A DNA stretch of 64,000 nt from Saprolegnia diclina VS20 (lineage: Eukaryota): positions 34,868 to 98,867 of the forward strand of contig NW_008246126.1 of assembly GCF_000281045.1 (NCBI RefSeq), written 5' to 3'. The notes under the pieces are model-generated. The model did not search any database, was not told the DNA's origin, and saw only the letters and a program-made list of their open reading frames with translations. Made by a program: the position numbers and the translations under genes. Below are positions 43,335 to 55,909 of this stretch, one piece after another; within the stretch, counting starts at the first letter, position 1, and each line of letters opens with the position of its first letter.

Positions 43335-43842
43335 TAGTATCAAGCCCGAGGTTGAGCTTGTCTCGGGCAACATTCCATCAACCGCCAGGGCGGGGGCCGA
43401 CCCGTAGCTGTGCGTGGCTGGCGCTCGAACCCATGCTTGTCCTCTTCCGCAAGTCGTAGCAACTATACTAGTAGACTTCACGACTGTGATGCAGCTGCAT
43501 GGACTGTGATGTAGCTGCGTATTCTCGCGTCGCCAGTGCATACCACCCATCGCCGTGTGAGAAGCCGGTTGGTCGCATGCACTACACTTTGTTAGTAGAC
43601 GCTCTAGTCGAAGCTTGATCAACAATTTGGCCAGCGCATATCATCGCTTGTGCAGCGTTTGATGATCCCAGGCGTGATCCAAAGTAAGCACAGCCAAGGG
43701 CCATAGCTGCCCCACTACACTAGTATACTTAGACGACAGCCCAATACACTCTGGATACAGCTTTCTTGGTTGATCCCAAGGCTGCTTATCTATCCTATTG
43801 CAGAAAATTGTCCTCGCTTTGCACTCCTTTTTCGATCCTCGA

Positions 43843-43887
43843 GCTATCCCATTGCTATCCCATTGCTATCCTATTGCTATCCTGTTG
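43843..43887. repeat. 11-bp tandem repeat (GCTATCCYRTT) x4
   Basis: Read directly from the sequence. Confidence 0.8.
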
Positions 43888-44002
43888 CCGATTTGGTGCA
43901 ATAGTGACAAAGAGATGGAAGTATATGTGCGATTTGTCGCATAAGAGGTTGTATAAGAGGACTATGGAGTAAACTATAAACGTACTCCTAGTAGAGCCGT
44001 GT

Positions 44003-44788
44003 TTAAACAAACACGAGGAGCACAAATGTGAGGAGGACGAGGAAGACGATCCACGGCAGCGACGGGTAGGCAAAGTCGTAGAGGTCGTAGAGGTGGCGCA
44101 GGTACTGGAAGATGACCTTGCCCGTGAGCTTGCTCTCGCCGTGCACGCGGACGCCAAAGTGGATTGGCACTTCGGCATGGCGCTTCACGCGGCACTTGAC
44201 AAAGAGCTCGAGCGCAATCTTGAAGCCAATCGGGCTGATCTCGCCGGGGCGCGGGCGACCAAGCACGTCGGCCGGGAGGCCAAAAAAGCCCGTCATCGGG
44301 TCCGAGAGCGCGCTCAGCGGGCGCGCCAGCATGCGCGCGCCGCTCGAGGCAAGCTGGCGGTGCAGCGGCCAGTCCTTATCGACCGAGAAGCCGGCGCCGC
44401 CGTAGCGCGTGCCAATGACAAACTCGGCGTTGCCAATGGCCGGGTCAATGGCGTCGATGAGCGCCGGGACGTTCTCCGGCGGGTGCTGCAGATCCGCGTC
44501 CATGCACAAGAGGAGCTTGCCCTTCGCCTCCTTGAAGCCGCGCAGCACGGCGCTGCTAAGGCCACGCTCGTTCGTGCGCACGATGATGCGGACGTTGACG
44601 CCCTTGGCCGCGAGCTTGGTGATGACCTCTTCCGAGCCGTCGGCCGAGTTGTCGTCGACGACAATGATCTCGGTGGTCTTGGCGCGGGCCTCGCCGAGCG
44701 CTGCGAAGACGCGCGTCACGAGCTCCTCGAGGTTGGCGCACTCCTTGTACGCGGGGACGACCACGGTCGCTTCGATGCTGCTGGCCAT
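44003..44788 (-). CDS. DPM1: Dolichol-phosphate mannosyltransferase (GT2) with C-terminal TM anchor; intronless
   Basis: VVVPAYKE..N, VDDNSADG, RGLSSAV..G, MDADLQHPPE, SDPMTGFF, GFKIALE, R.HGESKL; hydrophobic C-terminus. Confidence 0.92.
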   Translation of the reverse strand: MASSIEATVVVPAYKECANLEELVTRVFAALGEARAKTTEIIVVDDNSADGSEEVITKLAAKGVNVRIIVRTNERGLSSAVLRGFKEAKGKLLLCMDADLQHPPENVPALIDAIDPAIGNAEFVIGTRYGGAGFSVDKDWPLHRQLASSGARMLARPLSALSDPMTGFFGLPADVLGRPRPGEISPIGFKIALELFVKCRVKRHAEVPIHFGVRVHGESKLTGKVIFQYLRHLYDLYDFAYPSLPWIVFLVLLTFVLLVFV

Positions 44789-45557
44789 CTTTTTGGTTTG
44801 TGGCTACGTGGACAGGTTGGTGGCACCGTATCCGGATGACATCGGGAATAGTGTACGATTGCGTCATCATCGCTCGTGGCGCGCCATGACGAGCCCACAG
44901 CCCACAAGCTCGACGACGAGACACTACGTGGACATGGCTTGACACGCCGGTGAGCTATGGTATGGAGCCAACTGCGCGGGCGCTGCGGCTGCACGATGCT
45001 ACCAGTGCATCATGGCGCTGCAGAGACACGAGCAGAGAGGTGGATGCATGATGGAGTGCCCTTACCAACACCTGACGTCACGGTTCTTGGTGCAGAAGTT
45101 ACTGTAGCGCTACATGGCTCAGTGCCAAGGTTCATTGACTGCTGCTCTAGGTTGTTTTAGGAGTTCGAGCGCTAAGCTCGTGCCGATACGACGATATTTA
45201 TGCTAGCTGTGCTTGCACAGACAAATTAGTGCACGTTGGCGATAGCACGCGTTCCTGACGCTAGCTCCGCAGTTCCAATGTAGCTCAATGCACAACATGT
45301 CATTCAAAGTGATGGAATGCGTATGCCGCTGATAAACTAGCGCGTCGCTCAGCTTCCTCGCTCGAGCGGGCGTCAGCAGTTGGTGTCGTAGTGAGCGAAT
45401 CCTGCACACTATTTGCGGTCGAACGCTCGCCATATATTATTTAATACTCAAGGGTATACAAACACCAAGTAAATTGCTCGAACCCATTTGAATGCGATCC
45501 CGCGTATCCGGACGAAACCGTTCCATTTCCATCAATTCCTTCTTGCCCCGACGTGGC

Positions 45558-46505
45558 ATGGCCAGCCTGCTCCGCCGCTGGATTCGCGATGCGCTCTGCG
45601 CCCACGGCTACGCCTGCGCCGAGCCGCTGATCGAGGACACGGCCCACGGCATGTTCCCTCTCGAGGCCTTTGCCCACGTCGACGACGACAGCGCGTCGCC
45701 GCTCGTCTTGCGCGGCCTCTTGCTCGGCGAACGGTATCTTCTTCACGTGCTCTGCGGTGGCGAGACGTGGCGCGTCGACTTTGCGCTGGCGTCGTACATC
45801 CCGACACGCTCTGCGTTGTACGCGCAGTACGCCGAGTACGTGCGCTGGCGCGTCGAAAAATCCATCTTGCAGCGCCATGCATCGACCGCCCAAGCGCTGC
45901 TGGGCAGCTTGCCCGAGCACCTCATCGATGGCATCGTCGGCTTCTTGGCTGCGCCCGACGCGGCCCGCGCCGCTGCCACGTGTCGCGTACGCCCGTGCAC
46001 CATGCGTGCATTTCATACTATTTCGTGTCTAGGTCATGCACAAAAGCACGGCCAAGCCGGGTGTTTGGGCGGCGCTTCTCCTACATGGTAGACATTATCT
46101 TCCACAATATTCGCAGGATTGTTCTCATGGACGACGCTGACCTAGATTTTCAGGTTTGGCATGAAGGCGACGATGCCAAGGCCGTCTACATTCGACGCTC
46201 GAGGTAGATGCATATGGCATCGATCTTTCTCATCCTAATACCCATCGGGTAGAGTGCTCGCCCGCATGCGCTCGATGCATCTCACCGACTTTTTTGGTCG
46301 ACCGAATGACATTTGGCAGAGCGACGACGCCCGGCCATCGCTGCGGGTGCCTCGGTTCCCATACTACCTCCCGCCGCCCTGCCCCGAAGCACCTGCGCCA
46401 CTGCGCCATCCCTTTCATTTCATCGACGACGATGACGACGAAGATCGCCATTTGCTGGGACTGCCGCGGCCGTGGGCACCACGTCGGTCGTGGCACGGGG
46501 TATAA
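45558..46505 (+). CDS. Hypothetical F-box-like protein; ~3 exons
   Basis: LLGSLPEHLIDGIVGFLAAPDAARAAATCR fits the F-box pattern; Pro-rich C-terminus. Confidence 0.6.
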
Positions 46506-46589
46506 GTCAGCACGAAAAATGTCATATATACCACATTGTTTGCATACTGAGTCGTATGTGATTGCATATTTTTGAGATGTCTTGGCGTC

Positions 46590-48101
46590 TTACAAGGCGA
46601 CGTCGGTCGTCGACGGCGGTGCTTGGAACGCGACGGGCGGCGGTGGCGGCGGCATGGATGCACCGGACGACGGCTTGCCGGGCGACTCGATCTGGATCAT
46701 CTGCAGCTTGGGAATCACCGCGCTCCACTCGTCTTCGACCTTGCGGTTGTAGGCGATCTGCAGCTGGATGTAGTCGAGCACGATGCGCTTGAAATCACTG
46801 AGCTTTTCTTGCTTGAAGCGCTCGACCTAGCACCAAACGGTATAGTTGGCAATTGTAAATGTAGAGACAAGAGGTACCTCGCGCAGAACACGCTCGGTGA
46901 CAACGTCGTGTTCGAGCTTGGCCGCGTCCACGCGCTGCTTGGCCTAGCACCATGTCGATGGAAATGCAAGTATCAAGAATGTATCAAGTTGATACCTCGG
47001 TCACGTCGTTGGCTGCTACGTCGACCTTGTCGCCGCCTTTTGCTTGGGCCTTCTGGAGCGCTGTTTGCTTGGCCTCGAGGTCCAACACCGCGCCGTGGTA
47101 CTGGCTGCGAACCTCGTTGCGCTTGATAAGCGCGGCCTTGACGGCTTGCACGAGTCGAATGTAGTCGAGGATCGGCTCTTCAAAGAGCAGCACCTCCTTC
47201 TCCGCCTAGCACACCAGCTTGAACATGCGAAGATATGACACGAAGATGCGCGTACGTGTTCGGCGGCCAGCACCGAGAGCTTGTCCGAGCACGTGCCAAC
47301 GTGGCAGAGCGCCGTCTGGAGCGACTCATTCTCTTCGGCTTGGCCCAGAAGCGTTAGCGCTACGCCAAACTCAAAGAGGCCGTCGGCGATCTCGCGGGCG
47401 CGCTTCGTAAGGCCGTGCGCGTGCTTGGCGAGGCTCTGGATGATGGGCTCGAGCGCGTCCATGTAGGCGACCATGTCCTCCACTTGGATGTCCGTGGTCG
47501 TCTTGAGCTTCTCGACCGCAATGCTCTGTGCACCCAGCGTGCTCGAGATGGTCGCGACGATCGTGTCGTCAAACCACTGGAAGAGCCCGCCGCCGCCCGA
47601 CGACTTGCCCTTGCTCTTGGCGAGGACGTCGTGCTTGAACGCTGCGAGGCTCTCGTCGGACGCCTCAAGAAAGACCGTGAGGTACTCCGAGTGCTGGATC
47701 TCGGGGTGCACGGCGCAGCGCCGCAAGAAGAGGTGCAGCGCCCGGCGACGGGCTTCGATAAACTCGGGCGAGAAGCGGCCGACGAGCAGCTTCTCGGGCA
47801 GCGGTGGCACGATCACGCCGGGAAAGAGGCTGCAGAGCGACGCATGCAGCCACACAAAGTCCGAGAAGCGCCGGACGACGCTAAATTGGCCCTTCTGGAA
47901 CTGCCGCCGGTCGGTCGTCGTCGAGATCTTGTACGAGATGTACGCCTGCATACCTTCGCCCACCTTGACGGGCTCGCCGACCTCGATCGCAATGGACTCG
48001 GCCTCGCTACTGCGCCCATGTTGCGAGCGGACGCTCGTCGAGGGGCCATGGCTCGGCGCGTGCTCGGCCGAGAAGTCGACGTTGACCCACTTGCTCGACA
48101 T
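46590..48101 (-). CDS. Sorting nexin, PX-BAR (SNX1/Vps5-like); multi-exon
   Basis: PX motifs V.RRFSDF.WL, PPLPEK, FIEARRRAL..FL; helical BAR region downstream. Confidence 0.9.
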
Positions 48102-48501
48102 GGCCTGGGAATGAGAATGGGTCCTGGCATCCGGATACGGGAAAAAGAAAAAAGATTTTGGCCAATCGGAGACCGGACAAGACACCAGATTAGATTCGAG
48201 TTGCTGGCAGCGTCCGAGCGCAGCACGAGCCAAAGGCTGCTAGTGCGTGCCTATAGCAACGCTGCTTTGGCGGCCGGCGCGAGTGCTGGGCGTCGGTACG
48301 CGGCAGTGGCGCTGTGGGCCACTAGGCCATGGCCACCGTGCGTGCGGTCACGTCACCGAGCGTGGCCAAGCGGTAGTGTCGGCGACCTTTCCTGTGGCCA
48401 CGAGCATAGCTGCGCTCCGACCGTACAGCCCACGCAGTACAATCAAGCCGTAGAGGACACATATTGCTTCACCTTATACATATACACCGCCATGGAGCTA
48501 T

Positions 48502-48923
48502 CTAGACATTGACGATACCACAGCATGCATGGTCTGGCAGCGCATATCGGAGCTGAAGCACTTGCATGAGAAGCGCATTGGTCTCGGCATTCAGCGCCGT
48601 GATGCACGTAATGGCAAAGTCTAGCACCGTGTGGACACACGGGTTGTCGGGCAGAGCGATCGTAAAGGGCGTCCATAGCATGACGGGCGCTTGCGTCCGA
48701 AGTGCTTCGAGCGCGACGAGCACGGCGGCAGTGTTCACCGGAAGGAGCGCAATGCAGTAGATAGCAACGTCCAAGACTGCGTCGTGTGGCGCGGGCCCGT
48801 CGTCGTTGAAGTCGTCAAACCAAATCCTAGCATCACATGTGAGCGCTCGTGCATATCGGCACATAAAGACAGCTACACGATGAGCTCGTCGATCGCGATT
48901 TCTAGCGTGGCAATGGCCTGCAT
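48502..48923 (-). CDS. Small protein made of two copies of the unrecognised helical module
   Basis: VLDVAIYCIALLPVNTAAVLVALEALR and VLDFAITCITALNAETNALLMQVLQLRYAL. Putative first exon MQAIATLEIAIDELI joined by a phase-2 intron (inferred). Confidence 0.55.
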
Positions 48924-50289
48924 GGTAGAGCTTGAGCTAGAAAGCAAAATGCGTTGTGGTCATGAAAGCTCTAGGAATGAAGCATATATGTGGTGCGGAG
49001 GCTACTTGCTCGACCCTCGTGGCGCGCCTTGCTGCAAGCATAATCCCAGGCCACCAACCTACGTGCTCTGATCTCATGCGATCGCACTGATTGGCTCGAC
49101 CGCGGGCCGGACGATACTCGCGCCACAGTGGTCGGGCAACGTTTCATCAGGCGCCAGGACCACTCTCATATACAGGCGCTTCATCGGCGGCTGGTTCGTG
49201 CGGCTCACATACAGGCGCTACCACTCTGCCGGACGTCTCTTGCGGGCTGGCTTGTATGCCCCAGGAGCGCGCACATGATGGACCAAGTTCTTGGGGTCGT
49301 CCTTAGATGACCGAAGGCACAGAGTACTATTAGCTATCAAGTTGAAGACGTGTCGAAAGCCTGCAACGACGAGCAAAGGCAACGTCCCTCGTGCCAGATT
49401 CAACGACGCAAAGATTACAGTGTACAAACTGCACGGAGCAGTTGCAGGCAACACATGGGAAGTCGTCGTTCGGCAACCCTATGCAAGCGGATGTGGTTGT
49501 TGCCATGCTCCGTCATTTACAGCTGCTGTGTACGACGCAGCTTGCAGAGATTGCTGTAATATATCAATCTCTGCCACCCGAACCAGGCGTGCTCTCTATC
49601 ACCCAGTCAGTAAACAGTCTTCCGCTCGCATTCATCTGGGACGCCCGTGATAGCCATCGTAGCTTGTGCGGGATGCAATAACTAGTACTCTCATGAAGGA
49701 CATTGGTTTGGTACTTGAACGGCAATCGAATTACTCCCAACGACACATGCCACTCTTGCCCGCAAGAGGAAGATGGCACTGGAGCTCACAGCTGCGCTGG
49801 GACTCGTGCGCCAACTTGTTTTCCGGGCCTGTATCCTCCCACGTGCTAAAAGCGTGCGATATGATTGGCCGACAGAAAAAAGTTATCAAGTGCCACGGTT
49901 GGAACTGGTAGGAAATACAATTTTGTGCCGATACTCCGAAGTACTTCGTCGCCCACAGACGTGACATAGCTGCTGGACGCGGCCACCTTCCCTTCCTCGC
50001 GTTCACATTGGGCAGCTTTAATCGAGCGTTCGCTGCACGGGCCAATGACATTGTTGCTTGGCCTTGAAATCTGAGCGCCCGATGCAGCGGCAAGGCAAGA
50101 ATGCACTCGAGAGCAATACCAGTATTGAGCATTATTGTTCAGCGTACAGCCCGAGGTATTGCGTCCAGTGGATTTGCCGCTGCGCCTTTTTGACACGGAG
50201 TCCCAAATCGCATCGCCATTTTGACTCGCTGCCGCTTTGAGCACTCTCCAAACGGTTGTGTAACTGCGAGACCTTTGGCAGCCGCGATC

Positions 50290-53200
50290 ATGGCGCAGCG
50301 ACTGCGGCACCTAGTACTCGCCCTTGGCTTCTTCCTCCAGTATTCTGGTATATATACTTCAGAATTCACATTACTAGTTCGCTCACAACTGACTACTAGT
50401 CGTAAGCGTCACTGGACAGCCCCAGTACCGCGTGGAAAGCGCGGCCATGCTGCCATCGAGCAGCCTCGTGACCTTTCCGTACCTTCCAGCCGCGCTGCTT
50501 CAGGGCGAGACGCTCTCGAATCTCTCGCTACTCGCACACGCTCCGGTGCAGATGGCACTCAACGTCAGCACCAACGTCGACGGCAACGCCACGTTTCGCA
50601 TGACACCGAGCATCGTCAACTGTTCGACTGTTGCCACTCAGACCTTTGCCCTGCGCGTCGACGCCGTTAGCAATACTACTGGCAACTACACGCTGACGTT
50701 CTATGACGTGGCGACGACATCGGTGCTCTACACCACTGTGGTGCTGGTGGTGCCGCCGCCGTTCGTCGCGTCCGTGACGGCACCGACGTGGACGGGCAAT
50801 GCGATTTGGAACGACTCGTTTGACGCGCAGCCGTGGGGCGCAGTACCCAACACCGCGACGTCGATTTGGGCCAATATCTCGCAAGGTTTTGTGAGCGACA
50901 CATGCACACCGGTACGACAAGACGACGCATTTGATTTAAGACAACTTGTCTTCATTTTTGCTAGGGCGGGAAAGCACTGTATTTTACGCATCTCTTTGCA
51001 CGGTATGCTGCCACGTCACCGATCGACGTGCTCGGGTTTGACTTGCAGCTCGCGTTTACGTACGTCTACGGATTTTTGCCCAATCAGACGTACGACAGTG
51101 TTGGCAACAACACCTTGTCCTGTGTGCAAACAAGTCCCAACTCGCCTTTCAACGTCGAGTACTTTGCGGCCAACGACACGTCGTGGCATGTGGTTACCGT
51201 CGTTCCAGTGCCCCCGACGCCGACGTCGGCGCGGCAGAATCTGCTCTTGTCGCTGCCGCCGACCGCGAGCTCAAACGCATCGTCGTTTCGTTGGATCCAA
51301 GCCAATCAAACAAGCGGCCGAGTCGGCTCGATCCGCGGTGCGTGGGCATTTACAGTCCTGTACCGTCGTCTTAGTATCGCTGGGCTGTAGGCACGCGGTA
51401 CCAGTGGCAGTATCGCAATCTTTTCGATCAGTGGGCGATCGACGATGTGATTTTACGCGGGCGCGTGCGGGCTCCGGTGGCGACAACGCCGGCCCAAGTT
51501 GGCGTCGATGCGATATCGGTGCAGCTGCAAGCCAACGCGACGGACAATGTCATTCTTACGACTATCGGTGACGGCTCGCACGCGTTTCCGGTCTGCAACT
51601 TTTTGTCGTTGCCGTCGTCGACAACGACCGTCGTTCTGACAACGACCAGTGTCATTCACGCCGTGGCGTGTGTCCGCCCCAACCAGCAGAGCTACGGGTA
51701 CCGGTCCCCACGGTACGTCGTGCAGGCGCTGCCGCCGACACTTGTGAGTACAAAAGCCACCGATGCGACGGGTTACTACACGGTGCAAGTGACGATGCCC
51801 CGACCGAATATGACGCTGCGCTTTACGTTTGGCAATGGATCCGACGTGCCCAGTTGCACCTTCGGGAACGCGATCGAGTTAAAAGACAATGCGACGACGA
51901 CGTCGATGCTTCTCAAGAGCAACGGTGTCCTGCAAGCGGTCGCATGCATGCGCGGGCTCCTCGGTAGCACAGTTGTCCGACCACCGGCGTTTGTCGTGCA
52001 ACCGCCGCCACCGACAGTTGCGTGGGTCAACGCTACAAGTATTTCAGCGTCGGCGCTCTTCCCCGTCACGATCCAAACGACAAGCATCGATGCGAGCCTC
52101 GTCGTCGTCGTCGCCGACGCCACCGACACGACGGCGCTTCCGTCGTGTCCGTTGATCGTTGCGAGTACGCTAACGTTGTTTGCGGCAGGTGCCGCATCTT
52201 ATGGGCTGTAGATGCAATCAATGCAACGTCTGTGACGCTGCAGCCCGGCCAGCTCGTGCGCGCCGTGAGCTGCTGCGTTACCACCGTGTGCAATGACAGC
52301 GCAATGTCCGTACTTGGTCCCGTTGTCGCGAGTGCCGCGCCGCCGACGTTATCGTCGGAGTGCTCGACGACCGCCATGGTCACGAGCGTCGTGACGGTGA
52401 CGCCCGGGACGATGACGGGCGTCGTCAAATACGCCGTCAACTCGAATGCCGTCGACTGCACCAGTCTTGGGACCTTGTACAGCGGCCCGTTTCCAGTCGC
52501 CAAGCCTTCAGGGGGCGCGGCCGTGGTTGTGACGGCCATCACGTGTGTGCGCGGGCTCCTGTCCAGCACGGCACTGGTCGTCACTGTGCCCGTTGCCGAC
52601 TGCTGTGCCAATGCGATTTGGTTTCCGTCGGCGGACCCGACGCTCGACTGCAGTCGCATGGCGCTCTTTCGAGATGATTTCGCGAATTGCGATCTCTCGC
52701 AGTGGACACCCGCGACAACACAGTTTGGCGGCGCCACGATCAACGGCGGTGTCCACGCCAACAACGTGCAGTGCGCGTTTGACGCAGCGCTGAACCGGTC
52801 GGTGCTCGTGCTCTTGGCCCACGGCGATGCGTACACAGGGGCAAGTCCCATCGGTGTCACCGTTGCCGCCAACGGATCTGGTACACTCTACTCAGACGAT
52901 GGGTCTGATCTACTATGTATGTACTAGTTGTACCACGACTGGCAACGGCGCTATTCAGCGGCTGGGCCTTGCCGGGTTCCCCGCCATTTTTTCCCTGCAA
53001 CCCCCGGGTTGAACTGTGTGCGACAAAGCGGGTGGGAGCGAGTGTCTCGACAACGGCGCGATGGAACGCTGGCAGTACGCTTGATAATTCTTTGTATCAA
53101 GTTGATACAACCCTGATCGGTGATGTGTAGTTGCGAGCTTCCTGATGCAACCGTGCACGGCGTTTGGCACGAGCTCGGACGCGTGGTTGCGCAACCTTAC

Positions 53201-53747
53201 CGACGTCGTTGTCGACGTCAACGCGTCATACGTAGCGTACGCGGACCTCTGGCGCGCGAGCTTGGGCCAAGAACGTGCGCCGCCAGCGTTCCCGGATGTC
53301 GTTTTTTCCTACCTCCGAGCCGACACCGCGTACCATCACGTGTTCATTCAGTGGAACGCGAGTGAGGGGCGCGCGAACTTGTACCGCGACGGCCAACTCG
53401 TCGGCAAAACTCGCCGTCTTCCCATGACGACGGATCCGTCGGCGCTGACACTGAACCTCTGGTTCCCGAACGCGTGGGCAGGGCTGCCGCAGTTTGAATC
53501 GTGCGTCACCAATGTCGCAGATGTCCAAGTCGTGCAGCTCCAGGCGGCAGCCAACCGATGGTGCGACTTTGAACAAGCGTCGGTGGCTTGCACTTCGGAT
53601 GCCGAGTGCATTGGGTGGACGTCAACCCACTGTCTCATGCCACTCGCGGTCGCCGTGTGCTATGACGGGCAGTGCCGCTTTCAGATGGACGCGACGTTTG
53701 GGGCGGCGGCCATCAAGGCAGGCAATCTCTTCTTAACGACCGTGTAA
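50290..53747 (+). CDS. Secreted multidomain protein: Reelin-like domain, chitobiase/Fn3-associated-like Ig repeats, C-terminal GH16/ConA-like domain
   Basis: Signal-like N-terminus; ALYF...RYA.T.PIDV ... FRWIQ ... W pattern; repeated P....Y/T..G..P.C...A.AC units; FRDDF...W...GGV...NV, RVGA.V.T, YHHVFIQW, LNLWFP.WAG. Confidence 0.72.
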
Positions 53748-54025
53748 AGCTAAGGGCACCATACTTTCCTTGTATCAGAGAAACTTGTTGCTGCCGTGAA
53801 CGGCTATGGCGGTGAGCTCCTTGAGATCTTTGAGGCTCCTGAGGCGCTTCTCAAAAGACGGGACGAGGGCGAGATCGTCATCCAGCACACGTGGTAGCGG
53901 ACACGACCGCTTTTTCGTCGAATGATTGCTAAGTATCATTCCATTCATCTGTTGAAAATAATCAATTAATCAAACGGAGACTACCACGCGTTTAGAAACT
54001 AACTTCGCATACGCAGCGCTAGTTT

Positions 54026-54041
54026 GCTCAGTTTCCAATTT
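54026..54041 (+). promoter_or_regulatory. Oomycete Inr+FPR-like core promoter of the Myb gene
   Basis: GCTCAGTTTCCAATTT, 8 nt before the ATG; one mismatch to GCTCATTYBNNNWTTY. Confidence 0.6.
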
Positions 54042-54049
54042 GAGTTGCA

Positions 54050-55240
54050 ATGCCCAGCCCGTCTTCGCCTCGTAGAAAGAACACGCGCGCTGCATGGACC
54101 AAAGCACAGGTACGTTCGGCGGTCATCCGATACCTATCGTATCACGCGTCACTCGTAGATTGAAGCACTTGAAGTGGCCGTTACCAAGTACTCTGACAGC
54201 ACTGGCCGCGGCAAGTGGAAGGTACAGCTCCCAATGTTGCAAGAGCGAGTCGTAACATCAATGTGGTAGGCGATTGCGGCCCAGGTACCCGGCCGGAACG
54301 ACGCGCAGTGCCGACAGCGCTGGGAAGACTCCGCCAAACCTGGGCGTAAAGAAGGCCGATGGAGCAACACCGAGGACGCAGCACTCGTGGAAGCCGTCGA
54401 AAAAACCAAACACGTCACATGGCGCCGCTGGGCGATAGTGGCCGAAGCCATTCCGCTTCGCTCGTACGTTCGGACGGAAATTTCTCGAATCTTTGCTCAT
54501 CTCGACGTTGCCTAGTGCCAAGCAGTGCGAATACCGGTACAAGCACCACCTTGCGGCCAAGGTTGCACCTCTCTCGTACGTTCTTTCATCCTCAAAGTTA
54601 TGTGTACTAAAGTAGGGCTATTAGGGCGCTAACTCGTCTCAACACCATGGCAAACCAAGATCAACGTACGACACCACAGCTCCCAAGGTATACCTCACTC
54701 GATATCGATATTGTGATGGAAGACATGACATTAGCGATGACACATCTTCCATCATAACACAAGTCATAATGACTGCTCACTCATGGCGCCACTCGATACT
54801 GTAGTGTACAGCACCTTTCGCCGCAAGCTATCCGTGGACGACCCCTCTTGCCCGCCATGCAGTACCCAAGCAGTGGGATGCAAATGATGCCGTCCGTCGA
54901 GAGCAGCGACGCAAGAACCAAGCTGACGACTGAGATCCGAACGTTGCAGTTGCTCTTGACAAAGTCGACGGTCGCCACGTGCGCGCACCAGGTGCTCGAC
55001 CTTGCGATTCAATGTGTTGCGGCGCTTCCGGCCGAGAACAATGCTGTTATGATGGGACTGCACGACCTGCGTGGCGCTCTTCTGCATCAACCCACAGCGT
55101 GCAGTACAACATCTTTGTTGCACATGACTCCACAGCTCGACCCACGGAGTTACTGCAACGACCACAACAACTACGACCGTCAAGCGAGAAATGCGATGGC
55201 CAACAGCTCCACGGATCCAGCACGACGACACATGCTCTAA
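54050..55240 (+). CDS. R2R3-type Myb protein with C-terminal unrecognised helical module; multi-exon
   Basis: AWTKAQ..L..AV.KY...KWKAIAAQVPGRNDAQCRQRW; GRWSNTEDAALVEAV...RWAIVAEAIPLRSAKQCEYRY. Phase-0 splicing (donor 54688, acceptor 54811) can join the 54848-55240 ORF. Confidence 0.78.
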
Positions 55241-55909
55241 TGGCAGCAGCTGCAAACCACTTACGTGACCGCAGAGCGGTATCGAAGACGACTCGATCGA
55301 GTACAGACGATAGAACTAGTCTAGACATTTGCGCTTCCATTTTATCCAATGAGAGGTGACTATCAAATTTCCATTTTTCGCGGCTCATTGCCGCCGCTTT
55401 ATCAACGAGTTTATGCAGCTCCTAGCCAACACGATAGGATCAGGAGCTCGTCCTTGATCTATATATCGAGGTGGTGGTCGCACGACTACTAAGGTAGCAC
55501 AACGTCACCCCCATTTTGCATTGTGCAACGCAGACCACCAAAATGAGAGATTTGATGAAGCGAAATGACTCGACACACTGCGCCCACCCGAAGATGCAGC
55601 GGCCAAAGCGGCAACCAACCTGTGCCGCCACGCACGCCAAGGAAGACGACCCCACCAATGCCGCGCACCAGGAAGGACAAAGCGGCCAAGTCCAAGCGGC
55701 CAAGGTAAGAATGGGAAAATGGCTCGCGCAGCCGCGCTCAAGGGCACAGATGCTGGAAGAGCTCGTCGGCCACGTCCACACGGATGTCGGTATTGACTCA
55801 GTCTCTAGTGTAAACACAAGTGGAGTTCAATGCCTCCGTACCAGCCCCTTCGCAGGAACCTAGACCTTTATAGATTGCTAGTTAAGAGCGTCTAGCCAAG
55901 TAGAGGAAA

